Below are positions 20,257-43,593 of a DNA stretch of 64,000 nucleotides, in pieces. Where the stretch lies: the NCBI RefSeq assembly GCF_009914755.1, contig NC_060947.1; one strand, written 5' to 3'. How positions within the stretch are numbered: position 1 is the stretch's first letter; each line of letters begins with the position of its first letter. Both the position numbers and the translations under genes were made by a program. The DNA is from the human T2T-CHM13v2.0 reference genome, Homo sapiens. Below the pieces are notes generated by a model, which made no database searches, was not told the DNA's origin, and worked only from the letters and a program-made list of their open reading frames with translations.

Positions 20257-21476
20257 TTAATGCATAGGAATGATAAAAAGCCAACATGCAATTATATATA
20301 TAATTGCATATTATAAATAATTATAATTAAATAATTATGTAATTAATTTATATTATAATTATATAATATATGCACACATACATATAACCTGTACAAATCT
20401 ATGAAACCACCAAGTCTCCAACAGCCAAAATGTCAACTTCGTATTTAGAGGAAATAATATAGAAATAATTGCTAAGGACCCCATCTCTAAAAAATAAGAG
20501 AACAGAAATTCCTGATACTTATTGAGCACATATTATGTATTTGGTAACTTATGTCCACTTTTAACACTTAAGCTTAAGCTTATGAGGTAGTTATTATTAG
20601 AATATCGTCCTCATTTTTCTGGTTTTTTTTCAACAGGGTCTTTGTCGCCCAGACAATCTCGAACTCCTGAGCTCAAGCAATCCTCTTGCCTCAGCCTCCT
20701 GAGTAGCTAGGACTAGAGGCATGTGCCGCTATGCCTGGCTAATTTAAAAAGGGAAATTTTAGAGGTGGGGGTCTTGCTATGTTGCCCAGCCTGGTCTGGA
20801 ACCCCTGGCCTCAAGTAATCTTCCCATCTAAGCCTCCCAAAGTGCTGGGATTATAGGTGTGAGCCACCGTGACCAGCCTTGTCCTCATTTCACACATGAG
20901 GAAACTGAAGCTTAAAGGCATATGTAACTTGTCCAAGTTCACAGTGCTAAGTGAAAGAGACAGCTGAGACTTCAAGGTCTTCTTCCAGAGGACCCAACTA
21001 CTCCCTGCTTCTTTCCCATGGCTTATAAAGCCCTGTGTGGCCTGGTTTCCACTTACCTCTCCAGCCTTCCTCATCACTCAGCTCTCTGAAAAGACCATGT
21101 TCCCTGCCTAGGACCCACTTCCCTCCATCTTTGCCTGACTCAATGTTACCCGTCCTACTGGCTCAGCTTAGACATCACTTCCTTCAGGAAGTCTTCTCTG
21201 TTCTCCAAGCCTGGATTAGGTGACCTTTCTTTGTGGGTGTTCGGCTCCCCATCATCTCACCACACTGTATGGCAACTGTCCACTTCCTGATCTGTGTCCT
21301 CTGTTAGACTGGGAATTTGGGGAGAGCAGAGAGTAGATTTGGCTTGCTCCCCACTGCATTTCCCAATCCTGGCACAATGCCTGCCACGTAGTAAGTTCTC
21401 TATACACAGAGACTCCTCTGCTTAAAACATTTCTTAGAGAACCACATGTGAAGAGCAAATGTCATCAACTCTGCCA

Positions 21477-21490
21477 CCAGCAGATGGTTA
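21477..21490 (+). promoter_or_regulatory. Candidate CTCF site
   Basis: CCAGCAGATGGTTA; first 11 nt match the CTCF core. Confidence 0.4.
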
Positions 21491-21664
21491 TTGGCTGCCA
21501 TTTTGGTCTCTGGCATTGGTGGTTCATCAGGCATGTTTGCTGTGATTTTGCTTATGTTTGAGTAGTTTAATGAACGTTATTAACATATTATATATCTGAT
21601 ACATATAAAGAGTGTTGAAAGTCCCAGTAAGAAGTGACATAGGGTTACAATATAAATGAAATTA

Positions 21665-22302
<638 letters not shown>

Positions 22303-24003
22303 TTAGAAATAAATAAATATGAAAATTAGCAGGATTGTACAAAATACATATGAACAGTTAAGAGTAGTAAACGTTCTAATGGACAAACACTAAATCATGC
22401 AGCGTGTGAAGAAAGCTGCATCAACGAAGGTCAAAAACATCTATAAGAACCATATATTTTGACTGGGGAAATGCGTGTCTTAGGCTAATTTCCAGAGCAC
22501 TTATTTTTGGCTGGTCAAGGTGGAGTTAGAGGTCTCTGTCCACTTTCCAAAAGTATTTTTTTAATCCTGTATGACACAGGATGGCCCTGAGTTTCTCCAA
22601 AATCTATTATTGTGACATCTTGAATTTAAAGATGTTATGGCAAAGAGCTAAAATAATCAATGTTTATGAAGGAGGGTCACATCTAAAAAATAAAACAAAA
22701 AACAACACAGAAAATTCCTCCTATTGTGTATCCCCTTACCCCATTTCTATAGGATTTTAGAAGGTATTATCTAGATTTTGCAATGTATTACCATCTCCTG
22801 AATGCCTATTACAGGTCAGGCACTTTTATTTTATTTTATTTTATTTATTTAGTTTTGAGACGAAGTTTCTCTCTGTCACCCAAGCTGCAGTGCAGTGGCA
22901 TGATCTTGGCTCACTGCAACCTCCGCCTTTGGGTTCAAACCATTCTCTTGCCTCAGCCTCCCGAGTAGCTGAGATTACAGGCAAGCGCCACCATGTCCAG
23001 CTAATTTTTGTATTTTTAGTAGAGACAGGGTTTCGCCATGTTGGCCAGGCTGGTCTCGAACTCCTGGCCTCAGGTGATCCACCGCCTCGGCCTCTCAAAG
23101 TGCTGGAATTACAGGTGTGAGCCACCGTGCCTGACCTAGGTCAGGCACTTCTAAATATTTTTTTCATTTCATTCATCCATCCCTGTGAGACAGATACTAT
23201 CTCATTCTACAAATTGGGAAACTAGGGCCCTGAAAAGTTAAGTAACTTTCCCAAAGTCACACAACTAGGAAGTGTTTATGTTGGAATTGGAAGGATCCAA
23301 TATGCTCCTTACAGTCCACCAGCCTTCCTCTGTTATCTAATTTCATTCTCACAACAATCACGTGAATGAAGTTAAGAAAATTATTCCCCCACTTCTCAGA
23401 TGAAAACAGTGAAACCCAGGAATGTTCACGGTGTCACTATGTAGTGAGTAGAGATAGACATGAACTCACTTCTTGTGTCCCTAGGTCCAGTGCTCTCTCC
23501 AGGTCACCATATCTTTATTTCTTCATTGGTTGGTTAAAGGCTAGTGGTTGGAGCTTTTCCAGGGATTAGTCCTTCTTAGTGGCTGTGGAGTATGTGCCTG
23601 AGGTAGGGAGGGACTGGCCTGCTCTGTTGTTGGGATAAGGGAAGGAACAGCAGATACCCCACTAGAAGAAATGTTAGAAGATGTCCTTCATGATAACAGA
23701 TGAAAATCTGGATCTACACAAACGAATGAAGAGCACTGGATATGGTAACTACATGGGTAAAATGCACAAGATTTTTTTTCTTATAATTTAAATCTTTATA
23801 TTTGGCTTAAAACAAAAATAATAACATTGTATTGTGCAGTTTATAACATGTAGAAAAAATGCATGGCAACAATAGTGGTATGGTTTGAATGTGCTTCATT
23901 CAAAATTCATGGTGAAACTTAATCTCCACTGTGGTGGTATTAAGAGGTGGCGTTTTTGGGGAAATGATTAAGTCATGAGGGCTTTGGCCTCATGAATGGA
24001 TTA

Positions 24004-24195
<192 letters not shown>

Positions 24196-24500
24196 TCAGG
24201 AAGCTGCAGCAGGAGGAACGCTGGAGCCTGGGAGGTTGAGGTTGCAGTGAGCCGTGATAGTGCCACTGCACTCTAGCCTTGGTGACAGAGTGAGACTCTG
24301 CTTCCAAAACAAACAAACAAAAAGAAGGTGGACTGTAACAGGTTAAAGATGTATTACTATAAAACCTAAAGCAACCACTAAAATAACAAAACAGAGAGTT
24401 ATATTTAATAAGCCAACAAAGGCAATAAAATAGAATCATTAAAATGCTCAATTCATACTAATTTATTACTTTTTCCTTTTTTTCTTTTTCCTTTTTATGT

Positions 24501-24560
24501 GGAGGTTTTCTGGAAAACCAGAAAACCTGCTAGACAAATTCTAAAAGGGCTGTAACACTG
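24501..24560 (-). pseudogene. U7 snRNA processed pseudogene, copy 1
   Basis: Minus strand reads CAGTGTTACAGCCCTTTTAGAATTTGTCTAGCAGGTTTTCTGGTTTTCCAGAAAACC, i.e. U7 5' end, U7 Sm site AATTTGTCTAG and 3' hairpin, followed by an A-rich tail. Confidence 0.9.
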
Positions 24561-25848
24561 ACTTTCCTTTTTTGAATCATGCTTTTGCCCTAAATCCCAT
24601 AGATTTTCTCCTATATTTTTTCTAAAAGTGTTATAGTTTTACATTTTATATCTAAGTCTGTGGCCCACTTTGAGTTTTTTTTAATACGGTGTGAGATTTA
24701 GATTGAAGTTCATTTTCTTTTGCTTACAGTTGTCCAGTTGTGCCAACACCATTTGTTAAAAAGGCTATTGTTCCTCCATTGATTTGCTGTTGTATCTTTG
24801 TCAAAAATCAGTTGGAATAGCAAACTATATGTTACATGTACTCTGCCATAATAAAAAAAGAAGAAAAAAAACCAGATGCGTTCTTTCTTCTGTTGCATTG
24901 ATCTGTATGTCTATATTTCCACCAATATCACACGGTCTTTATTACTGTAACTACATATTAGGGCTTAATATCAAATACAGTAATTCCTCCCACTTTATTC
25001 TTCTTTTTCAAGAATAAGCTTGTTTATTTCTACAAAAAGCCTAGCTGGGATTTTGATAGGAATTGCATTACATCTATAGATCAGTTTGGGAAGAATTGCT
25101 ATCTTTACTATGTTGTGTATTCTAATCCATAAATATGCTATGGCACTCCATTTATTTCAGTCTTCTTTGATCTCTTTCATTAGTATTTTGTAATTTTCAC
25201 CATACAGATCCTGTATGTGTTTTGTTAAGTTTATATCTAAGTATGTACTGTTCTTTGGAACAATTATAAATGGTATAGTGTTTTTCATTTTGGTTTCCAC
25301 ATGCTCTCTGTTAATATATAGAAATACATTTGGCTTTTGCACGTTAATCTTGAATCCTGCAAACTTTCAAGCTCACCTATTAGTTGTAGAGGATTTTTGT
25401 TGTTTATTTGCTTGGTAGATTCATTAGGCTTTTCTATATAGAAAAGCATGCCATCTTCAGGTAAGGACAGATTTATTCTTCCTTTCTAATCGGTGTTCTT
25501 TTTATTTCTTTTTCTTGTCTTATTGTGTTGTGTTTCCAGTACTATGTTGAATGAGTGATGAGAGTGAACATCCATGCCTGGTTTCTAAACAGGTGGAAGC
25601 CAGTTACTCTTTCACCATTAACTGTGATGTTAGTTGTAGGGTTTTTGTAGATGCCTTTTATCAAGTTAAGGTAGTTCCCCTATCATGCTAACTTGCTGAA
25701 AGGTTTTTTTTTTTTTAAATATAAATGGGTGTTGGATTTTGTCAAATGTTTTCTCTGTGTCAATGAATATGATAATATGATTTTCTTTCTTGAGCCTATC
25801 GATATGGTGAATTACATTGGTTTTTGAGTATTGAACCACGCTTGACTA

Positions 25849-26255
25849 CAGGCATACATTGTTTTACTGTGCTTTGCAGATATTATGTTTTTTACAAATT
25901 GAAGATTTGTAGCAACCCTGCATTAAGCAAGTCTATCAGTACCATTTTTCCAACAGCATGTGCTCACTTTGTGTCTCTGTGATAGCATGTTTTAACAATA
26001 AAATATTTTTAAAGTATGTACATTGTTTTATAGACATAATGCTATTGCACACTTAATAGACTACAGTATGGTATCAACATAAGCATTTTATATGCACTCT
26101 TTCTCCTTTTTTTGTGAAGGTTTTCCAGAAAACCTGCTAGACAAATTCTAAAAGCTGTAACACTGACTTTTTCTTTTTGTGACTCACTTTATTGCAATAT
26201 TTGCTTTATTGTGATGGTCTGGAACTGAACCTGCGTCATTTCCCAGGTATGCCTG
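25849..26255 (+). mobile_element. Internally deleted Tigger1 DNA transposon
   Basis: TA|CAGGCATAC...GGTATGCCTG|TA TIRs with TA TSD. Confidence 0.85.
26117..26165 (-). pseudogene. U7 snRNA pseudogene, copy 2 (shortened hairpin), inside Tigger1
   Basis: Minus strand reads CAGTGTTACAGCTTTTAGAATTTGTCTAGCAGGTTTTCTGGAAAACC. Confidence 0.88.
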
Positions 26256-26258
26256 TAC

Positions 26259-26749
26259 TGTGATGGCTAATTTTATGTCTCAACTTGACTGGCCATGGGT
26301 GCTTAGATTAAACATTATTTCTGGGTCTGTGAGGATGTTTCCAGGTGAGGTTATCATTTGAATCAGTGAACTCAATAAGTAGATTGCCTGCCCTGATGTG
26401 GGTGAGCATGATCCAATTCACTGAGGGCCTGAATAGAACAAGAGGTGGAAAAAGAAGAAAACTGCCCTTTTTGCTTCCTGTTTGCTTGCCTGAATTGAGA
26501 CATCTCATCTCATCTTCTCCAGCCCTTTGGCTGGGATTTATACCACTGGCTTCCTGGTTCTCAAACTTTCAAGCTCAGACTAAATTATACTAACAGTTTT
26601 CCTGGGTTTCCAGCTTACAGATGACAGATCATGGGACTTCTCAGCCTCCATAATTCCATGAGCCTATTCCTCAATTCCTTGTGTGTGTCTCTCTCTCTCT
26701 TTTTCATCTCCTACTGGTTCTGTTTCTCTAGAGAACCCTGACAAGTACA
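26259..26749 (+). mobile_element. MLT2 (ERVL) LTR
   Basis: TGTGATGGCTAATTTTATGTCTCAACTTGACT...GAGAACCCTGACAAGTACA. Confidence 0.85.
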
Positions 26750-26875
26750 AACACCTGGAATAAATCCTACTTGATCATGGTGTATAGTCGTTTATATAAA
26801 ATATTATATTTTATTTGCTAATATTTTGTGGAGTAGTTTTTGTGCCTATGTTCACAAAAGATACTGGTCTGTGGC

Positions 26876-27071
26876 TCCTTCCTCCCTCCCTTCCTCCCTC
26901 CCTTCCTTCCTTTCTTCTTTCCTTCCTTCCTTCCTCCCTCCCTTCCTTCCTTCCTTTCCTTCCTTCCTTTCCTTCCCTCCCTCCTTCCTCCCTTCCTTCC
27001 TCCCTCCCCCTTCCCTTCTCCTCCCTCCTTCCCTTTCCCTCCCTCCCTCCCTCTCTTCCTTCCTTCCTTCC
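26876..27071. repeat. (CCTT/CCCT)n polypyrimidine microsatellite
   Basis: About 195 nt of pure C/T. Confidence 0.95.
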
Positions 27072-27411
27072 GATACTGTCTTAGAATTTTGTATCAGGTT
27101 AATAATCGCCTTATAAAATGAGTTGGGAAGTGTTTCCTTCTCATTTTCTGGAAGAGATTGTGTAAAATCTTTTTCAAATGTTTGGTAGAATTCTCAGTAA
27201 AACCACATGGGCCTGGAGATTTATTTTTTTGAGAGCTTTATAGTTATAAACCCAATTTATTTAATGGTTATAGGACTATTCCGATTATATTGGTTCAGTT
27301 TTGATCATTTGTGATTTTTGTGGTTTGTGGCCTATAGTTTGTAGAATTGGTTCTTCTATGTTGTTGAATTTATGAGCATAAAGTTGTTTACAGCATTCCT
27401 TTTATTCTTTT

Positions 27412-28503
27412 TTTTAAATGTTTGTGGGTACAAAGTAGGTGTGTATATTTATGGGTACATGAGATGTTTTGATACAGGCACGCAATGTGAAATAAGCACA
27501 CCACGGAGAACGAGGTATCCATCCCCTCAAGCATGTATCCACTGAGTTAATAAACAATCCAATTACACTGAGTTATTTTAAAATGTACAATTATTAGTGA
27601 CTATAGTCATCCTATTGTGCTATCAAATAGTAGGTTTTATTCATTTTATTTTTGGAGCCATTAACCATTCCCACCTCCCCACCAGGCCCCCGCTATGCTT
27701 CCCAGCCTCTGGTAATCATCCTTCTACTCTTTATGTCCATTAGTTCAATTGTTTTGATTTTTAGACCCCACAAATAACTGAGAACATGTGATGTTAGTTT
27801 TCCAGGGCCTGGGTTATTTCACTTAACATAATGACCTCCGGTTCCATCCATGTGATTGCAAATGACAGGATCTCACTCTTTTTATGGCTGAATAGTATTC
27901 CATTTTGTATCTGTACCACATTTTCTTTATCCAGTCATCTGTTGATGGACACTTAGGTTACTTGCAAATCTTAGCTGTTGTAAACACTGCTGCGAGAAAC
28001 ATAGGAGTGCCGATATCTCTTTAATATACTGATTTCCTTTCTTTGGGGTATATACCCAGCAGCAGAATTGCTGGATCATATGGTAGCTCAATTTTTAGCT
28101 ATTTGAGAAACCTCCAAACTGTGCTCCATAGTGACTGTACTAATTTACATTCCCACCAACAGTGTACAAGGGTTCCCTTTTGTCCACATCCTTGCCAGCA
28201 TTTGTTATTGCCTGTCTTTTGGATATAAGCTATTTTAACCGCGGTGAGATGATATTCCATTGTCGTTTTGATTTGCATTTCTCTGATGACCAGTGATGTT
28301 GAGCACCTTTTCATATGCCTGTTTGCCATTTATATGTCTTCTGATGAGAAATGTCTATTCAAATCTTTTGCCCATTTTTTTAATAGATTATATTTCTTAG
28401 AGTTGTCTGAACTCCTTATATACTTTGGTTATTAATCCCTGGTCACATGGGCAGTTTGCAAATATTTTCTCCCATTCTGTGGGTTGTCTCTTCACTTTGT
28501 TGA
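27412..28503 (-). mobile_element. L1MA/L1PB-type 3' end (ORF2 C-terminus and 3'UTR)
   Basis: ORF 28099..28329 [33 protein letters not shown] is the L1 ORF2 cysteine-rich end. Confidence 0.88.
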
Positions 28504-28559
28504 TATTAGGTAAAGCAAATCGTCTCATATGTGTCCTCAAATATTATAAACATTTTTAA

Positions 28560-30605
<2,046 letters not shown>

Positions 30606-30934
30606 TTAGAAATTAAATTAGCAGAATGTTCTAGTGTATACTAGAGCCTGATATGCCCAAAATACTCATTCCTAGATGACAGAATCTAGTGATCTGTTTT
30701 AGGTAGGAATTATATATACTGGTTTGAAATAATCTTTTCTTGTTCCTTTTAATTGCAAAGGAAGTGACTCTCCATTTATTAGTTCCTACACGAGAGTAGG
30801 GTGAAAAGGCTAATAGAGGCCTCATGCATTCAAAGAGGCTTGAGGTTTTCATACTACTCTTATCTTTGGTTAAAACATTTGACCTGTTTATATCTAATTT
30901 CCTCTTAAACAATCACATGCAAAACCATATTAAG

Positions 30935-31271
<337 letters not shown>

Positions 31272-31507
31272 TTATATAAATTATGTTAAAAATTTAATAT
31301 GTTTGAAAGATAAAGAGGAAAATGCTTATACAGTTATCTTTCTGCCTCATAATCCTTAACTCAAAGAGGAATTAGAAATAAACCTTTGAAAGATGCTAAT
31401 TCCATAGTCTGAATTGCTGCTTGTGTTTTAGGACAGAAGTCTAATTCATTATGTAGGCCTGATTCTAAGAAAATTTGTCTTTGCTTCTCACTTGTGTTAT
31501 CTTTTAA

Positions 31508-31774
<267 letters not shown>

Positions 31775-31978
31775 TGAACTCCTGACCTGGTGATCCGCCC
31801 ACCTCGGCCTCCTAAACTGCTGGGATTACAGGCGTGAGCCACCGCGCCCGGCCTGAAGAATCTTATGACCACTTTTTAAAATGCTTTCACAAGATATTCA
31901 CACACCAATGATTTAAACAAATCAACAAAGGAAAAATTTCTTTGTACTTAATAAAAAATTCTATCTGCCAAATGTTTA

Positions 31979-32340
<362 letters not shown>

Positions 32341-32894
32341 TTATGCACAGAAGGGATTTTTAAATTAACACAAAACAATTGAATATCTAAAAGCAACTCG
32401 TGCCAATATTTATATTGCTTTCAACTTAAGAATGTCTCATTGGCTATTTCAGACTAAGAAATCTGAGAAAGATTTCATCTCTAAATAGGCACACAATATA
32501 TAAAGATGTACTTTGGGACAATAACTACATAAAGGAGGAGAGGTAGAGCTGTATAGAAGCAGTTTTTATATATACTATTGAAGCTAAATTAGTATTAATT
32601 CATACTAGTTAGTTGTAAACTTAAGATGCCCATCATAATCCCCAGGGTAACCACTAAGAAAAAAACCCTAAAAGATATATATATGAAAATAAGCCAGGCG
32701 AGGTGGCGTGCACCTATACTCCCAGCTACTCAGGAGGCTGAGGAGGGAGGATCACTTGAACCCAGGAGCTCTAGTCTAGCCTGGGTAACACAGTGATACT
32801 TTGCTTCTATTTAAAAAAAAGATATGCATAAAAGGAAATGAGAAGAGAATCAAAACGGTATACTACAAAAAAAAATCAATCAAATACAACAGAA

Positions 32895-37370
<4,476 letters not shown>

Positions 37371-38658
37371 CACACAAGAGACGGCAGTAATAAAGGATTA
37401 AGGAACAAAAAAAATATGATACATAGAAAACAAATAGCAAAATGACAGAAGTCCTTCCTCATCAGTAATTATTTTAGATGTAAAAAAATTAAACTCTCCA
37501 ATTTCAAAAGTCAGAGATTGGCAGAATGGATTTAAAACCAAGATCTAACTATAAATTGTCGACAAGAAACTCACTTTAGGTTCTAGACACAAACAAGTTG
37601 AAAGAGAAAGGATGGAAAAAGACATTGCAAGCAAACCAAACCAAAAGAGGGCTAGGGTTGCTCCACTAATGTCAGATAAAATAGACTTTTAAGTAAAAAA
37701 GTGTATTATTACAAGAGACAACAATAATATATATTGATATAGGGGTAAGGTATTAATAATCATAAACAGACATACCTAACAGTCCCACTATATATGAAGT
37801 AAAAACTGGTAGAATTGAAGGCAGAAATAGACAGTTCTACAATAATGGTTGAAGACTTCAATACCCCACTTTCAATAATGGATAATACTAGACAGAAGAT
37901 CAATAAGGAAATAGAAAAACTGAACAACACTACAAACCTACTTGGCTCGGTAGACATATACAGAACATTCCACACAAAACAGTAGAATACACATTCTTCT
38001 CAACTCCACATGAAACATTCTCCAGGATAAATCACGTTAGGCCACACAACTCTCAATAGATTTAACAAGACTGAAATCATATACTATCTTCTCTGGCCAC
38101 ATGGAGTAAAATTAGAAATCACTAATAGACCAGGTATGATGGCTCTCGCCTGTAATCCCAGAAATTCGGAAGACCAAGATGGAAAGATTGCTTCAGGCCA
38201 GGAGTTCAAGACTAGCCTGGGCAACATAGGGAGACCCAATCTCTGCAAAAATTTTTAAAAAATTAGCTGGGTGTGGTGGCATGCACCTGTAGTCCCAGCT
38301 ACTCAGAAAGATCGCTGAAGCCCAGGAGTTTAGGCTGCAGTGAGCTGTGACTGTGCCACTGCACTCCAGCCTGGGCAACAGGGTGATACCGTCTCAAAAA
38401 AAAAAAAAAAAAAAAAGAAAAACATAGAATAGACTCAAGTTACTAAAATCAGAAATGAAAGTGGGATATTACTACTGATCTTGCAGAATTAAAAAGGATG
38501 ATAAAAGATTGCCATGAGGCTGGGCACAATGGCTCACGCCTGTAATACCAGCACTTTGGGAGGCCGAGGTGAGAGGATTGCTTAAGAGTTTGAGACCAGC
38601 CTGGGCAATACAACAAGACCCCATCTCTACAAAAAAATTAAAAAAAAAAAACTAGTTA

Positions 38659-38799
<141 letters not shown>

Positions 38800-38882
38800 T
38801 CAAAAAAAGAAAAGAGGATTGCTATCGACAATTGTATGCCAACAAATTAGATATCTAAGAGAAAATCGAGGCAAGTGGATCA

Positions 38883-39153
<271 letters not shown>

Positions 39154-40883
39154 CTAGAAATATACAAATGACCTAAAACTGATGCAAAAAGAAATAGAAA
39201 ATCTGAACAGACCTGTAGGATACTAAATAATCGAAAACATCCCCCAAAAGAAAAGCCTGGTACCAGACAGCTTCACTAGTGAATTCTCTTTTTTTTTTCA
39301 TCATCCTCTGACTTTCACACTGGTGAATTCTGTTAAAGAAGAATGAACACCAATCCTTCTGAAAGTCTTCCAAAAAACAGAAGACCAAATACTTGATAGT
39401 TCATTGTATAACACTAGCATTACTCCGATACTAAAGCTGGATAAAGATACTGCAAGAATAGTACAGATCAATATTCCTTATGAATATAGATGCAAAGATC
39501 TTCAAAAAATAATAGCAAATCAAATCCAACAACATACCAAAAGGATTAGACAACATGACCAAATGGGATTTATGCCAAGAATGCAAGGGTGATTCTACAT
39601 ATGAAAACAAATCAATGTATTACACCACATGAATAGAATGAAGGAAATAAACCACATGATCATCTCAATTGATGCAGAAAAAGCATCTGACAAAGTTCAA
39701 CACCCTTTAATGACAAAAACATTCAGAAAGCTAAGAATGAAAGAAAACTTCCGGCCGGGCAGTGGCTCACTCCTGTAGTCCCAGCAATTTGGGAGGCCAA
39801 GACGGCAGATCAATTGAGGCCAGGAGTTCGAGACCAGTCTGGGCAACACAGTGAGACCCCTGTCTCTATTAAAAAAATGTTAATTAGCCAGGTGTGGTGG
39901 CAGGTGCCTGTAGTCCTAGCTACTTGGGAGGCTGAGGTGGGAGGATTGCTGGAGCCCAGGAGGTAGAGGCTGTAGTGAGCCATGACTGTATCATAGCACT
40001 CTAGTCTGGGTGACAGAGCGAGACTCCATCTCTAAAAAACTAAATAAAAGAGAAAGAAAACTTCTTCAATAAGATAAAGGGCATTTATAAAACACCCACA
40101 GGTAACATCATACTCAATGGTGAAAGACTGAAAGCTTCCCACCTAAGAACAGAAACAAGTCAAGAATGCTCACTTTAGCTACGTATTTAACATTGTTGAA
40201 ATCTCCACTCAGAGAAATTAGGCAAGAAATTGAAGGCACCCAAAATGGAAAGGAAGAAGTAAACTGTAGATGGCAAAGATGCTATAAATAGAAACTCCTT
40301 AAAAATCCACAAAAATTCATAAGAGCTAGCAAACGAATCCAGCAAAAATGCCAGATACAAGATAAACATGCAAAAATCAGCTGTATACAGTTGTATACAC
40401 TGGCAATGAATAGCATGAAAAGTAAATTTAGAAAACAATTACATTTATGATAGCACCAAAAAGAACAAAATATTTAGGAACATAATTAGGGAGAGACAAG
40501 AAAAGTACACTGACATATATAAAACTTTACTGAAAAAAAAATTTTAAATACCTAAAAACAGAAAGACATCTTTTGTTCATGGATTAGAAGACTTCATATT
40601 GTTAAGATGACAATACTCCCCAAAGTGATATATAGATTCAATGCAATCCCTATCAAAATCCCAATGGCCTTTTTTGCAGAAATGAAAAAGCTGATCCTAA
40701 AATCCATATGGAATTATATGTAAGGCACCTAAATAGTTAAAACAATCTTGAAAAAGAGGAAAGGTGAAACATTCACATTTTCTGATTTCAAAATTTACCA
40801 AAAAGCTATAGTAATCAAAACAGTGTAGCACCAGTGTAAGACGGACATATAAGAAGAATGGAATAGAATTAAGAAATAAACCC

Positions 40884-43593
<2,710 letters not shown>

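Noticed and set aside
23354-23366. Second CAATCACGTGAA 12-mer identical to the one at 7230-7241
   Set aside because: Isolated within MIR-like sequence with no CpG or motif context; likely chance
26815-27121. Pro/Ser/Leu/Phe-rich ORFs in three frames
   Set aside because: Artefact of the stop-free (CCTT)n microsatellite
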